Origin: Anolis carolinensis
Lineage: Eukaryota
Length of the DNA: 64,000 nucleotides
Reading direction: 5' to 3'
Assembly: GCF_035594765.1 (NCBI RefSeq)
Contig: NW_026943818.1
Span: 30,563,559 to 30,627,558, forward strand
Shown here: one piece after another, positions 63,337 through 64,000 of the stretch
How positions within the stretch are numbered: position 1 is the first letter of the stretch
Layout of the letters: every line of letters starts with the position of its first letter
The notes under the pieces: generated by a model
The model's database searches: none
Seen by the model: only the letters and a program-made list of their open reading frames with translations
Told to the model about the DNA's origin: nothing
Made by a program: the position numbers and the translations under genes

Positions 63337-63876
63337 CTAGCTGTGCCCAGCCACGCGTTGCTGTGGCATTTTCTGGTGGTGTTGGTGAGAAATTGTTGAG
63401 TTAGTGGTGGTATTGAATGTCTGTTGTATGGGAGTCTTTATGTTTCGTATGCACACTGAAGTGGATTATATGGCAGTGTGGAGTCAAGATAATCCAGTTC
63501 AAAGCAGATAATATAAGATTCTCAATGGGTTATATAGCTGTGTGGAAGGGCCTTGAGTCTACACTGCCATATAATCCAGTTCAAATCTGATAATCTGTGA
63601 AAAAGGCCTAAGTGAGGCCTAACTGTGCCTGTCCCCTGGGCTGAGTAGGTTGCTAGGAGACCAAGTGGGCGGAGCTTAGCCTTCAAACTGGCAGCAATTG
63701 GATAAAAACTATTATTCTTCTCCCTGTAATTAGGACTTTATTTTTTCTTTTCTTTTTGTTGTATCAACCTAGAGCCGTGAATGATGGGTTGTATTGTCAA
63801 ATTTCGAGGTTGGGGGGCCTGTAGTTTTGTTGTTTTGTCCGCTGCCCTGATGCCATCACTCTTTTATAGATATAGA
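63337..63876 (-). mobile_element. Non-autonomous Helitron
   Basis: CTAG plus hairpin at the left end, TC at the right end. Confidence 0.75.
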
Positions 63877-64000
63877 TTACAATATTTATATCCCGCCCTT
63901 CTCACCCTACAGGGGACTCAGGGCGGCTTACAAAAAACACATATATACAAGTTGTACAGTGCACTATAAATCAGTTTAAAAATTATTAAATTAGACACTG

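Overview
Vertebrate genomic DNA, most likely the lizard Anolis carolinensis (inferred from Sauria SINE, Penelope, R4/Dong, Helitron, hAT and pogo-type repeats). Small, very GC-rich exons lie in AT-rich, repeat-filled introns, and there are five N-gaps. Spliced genes reconstructed by hand from GT-AG junctions: SLC39A3 (-), SGTA (-), THOP1 (+), ADAMTSL5 (+), an unnamed BTB-BACK-Kelch gene (-), LSM7 (-) and the 5' part of SPPL2B (+). The named genes map to human 19p13.3. Most entries in the ORF track are artefacts of repeats or GC-rich exons. Main points of interest: (1) minimal hammerhead ribozymes carried by Penelope elements, including a spacer-less 204-bp palindrome, with every intact sense-strand copy paired with an antisense copy; (2) the Kelch gene, which has no counterpart I can name at the human locus; (3) a short duplicate of its BTB sequence that differs almost only at third codon positions; (4) a possible in-frame LSM7-Kelch read-through; (5) arrays of octamer motifs in THOP1 introns; (6) a possible NMD-triggering junction in the SGTA 3'UTR; (7) R4/Dong insertions stacked in (TAA)n tracts. 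Comparisons with human genes are from memory and were not computed.
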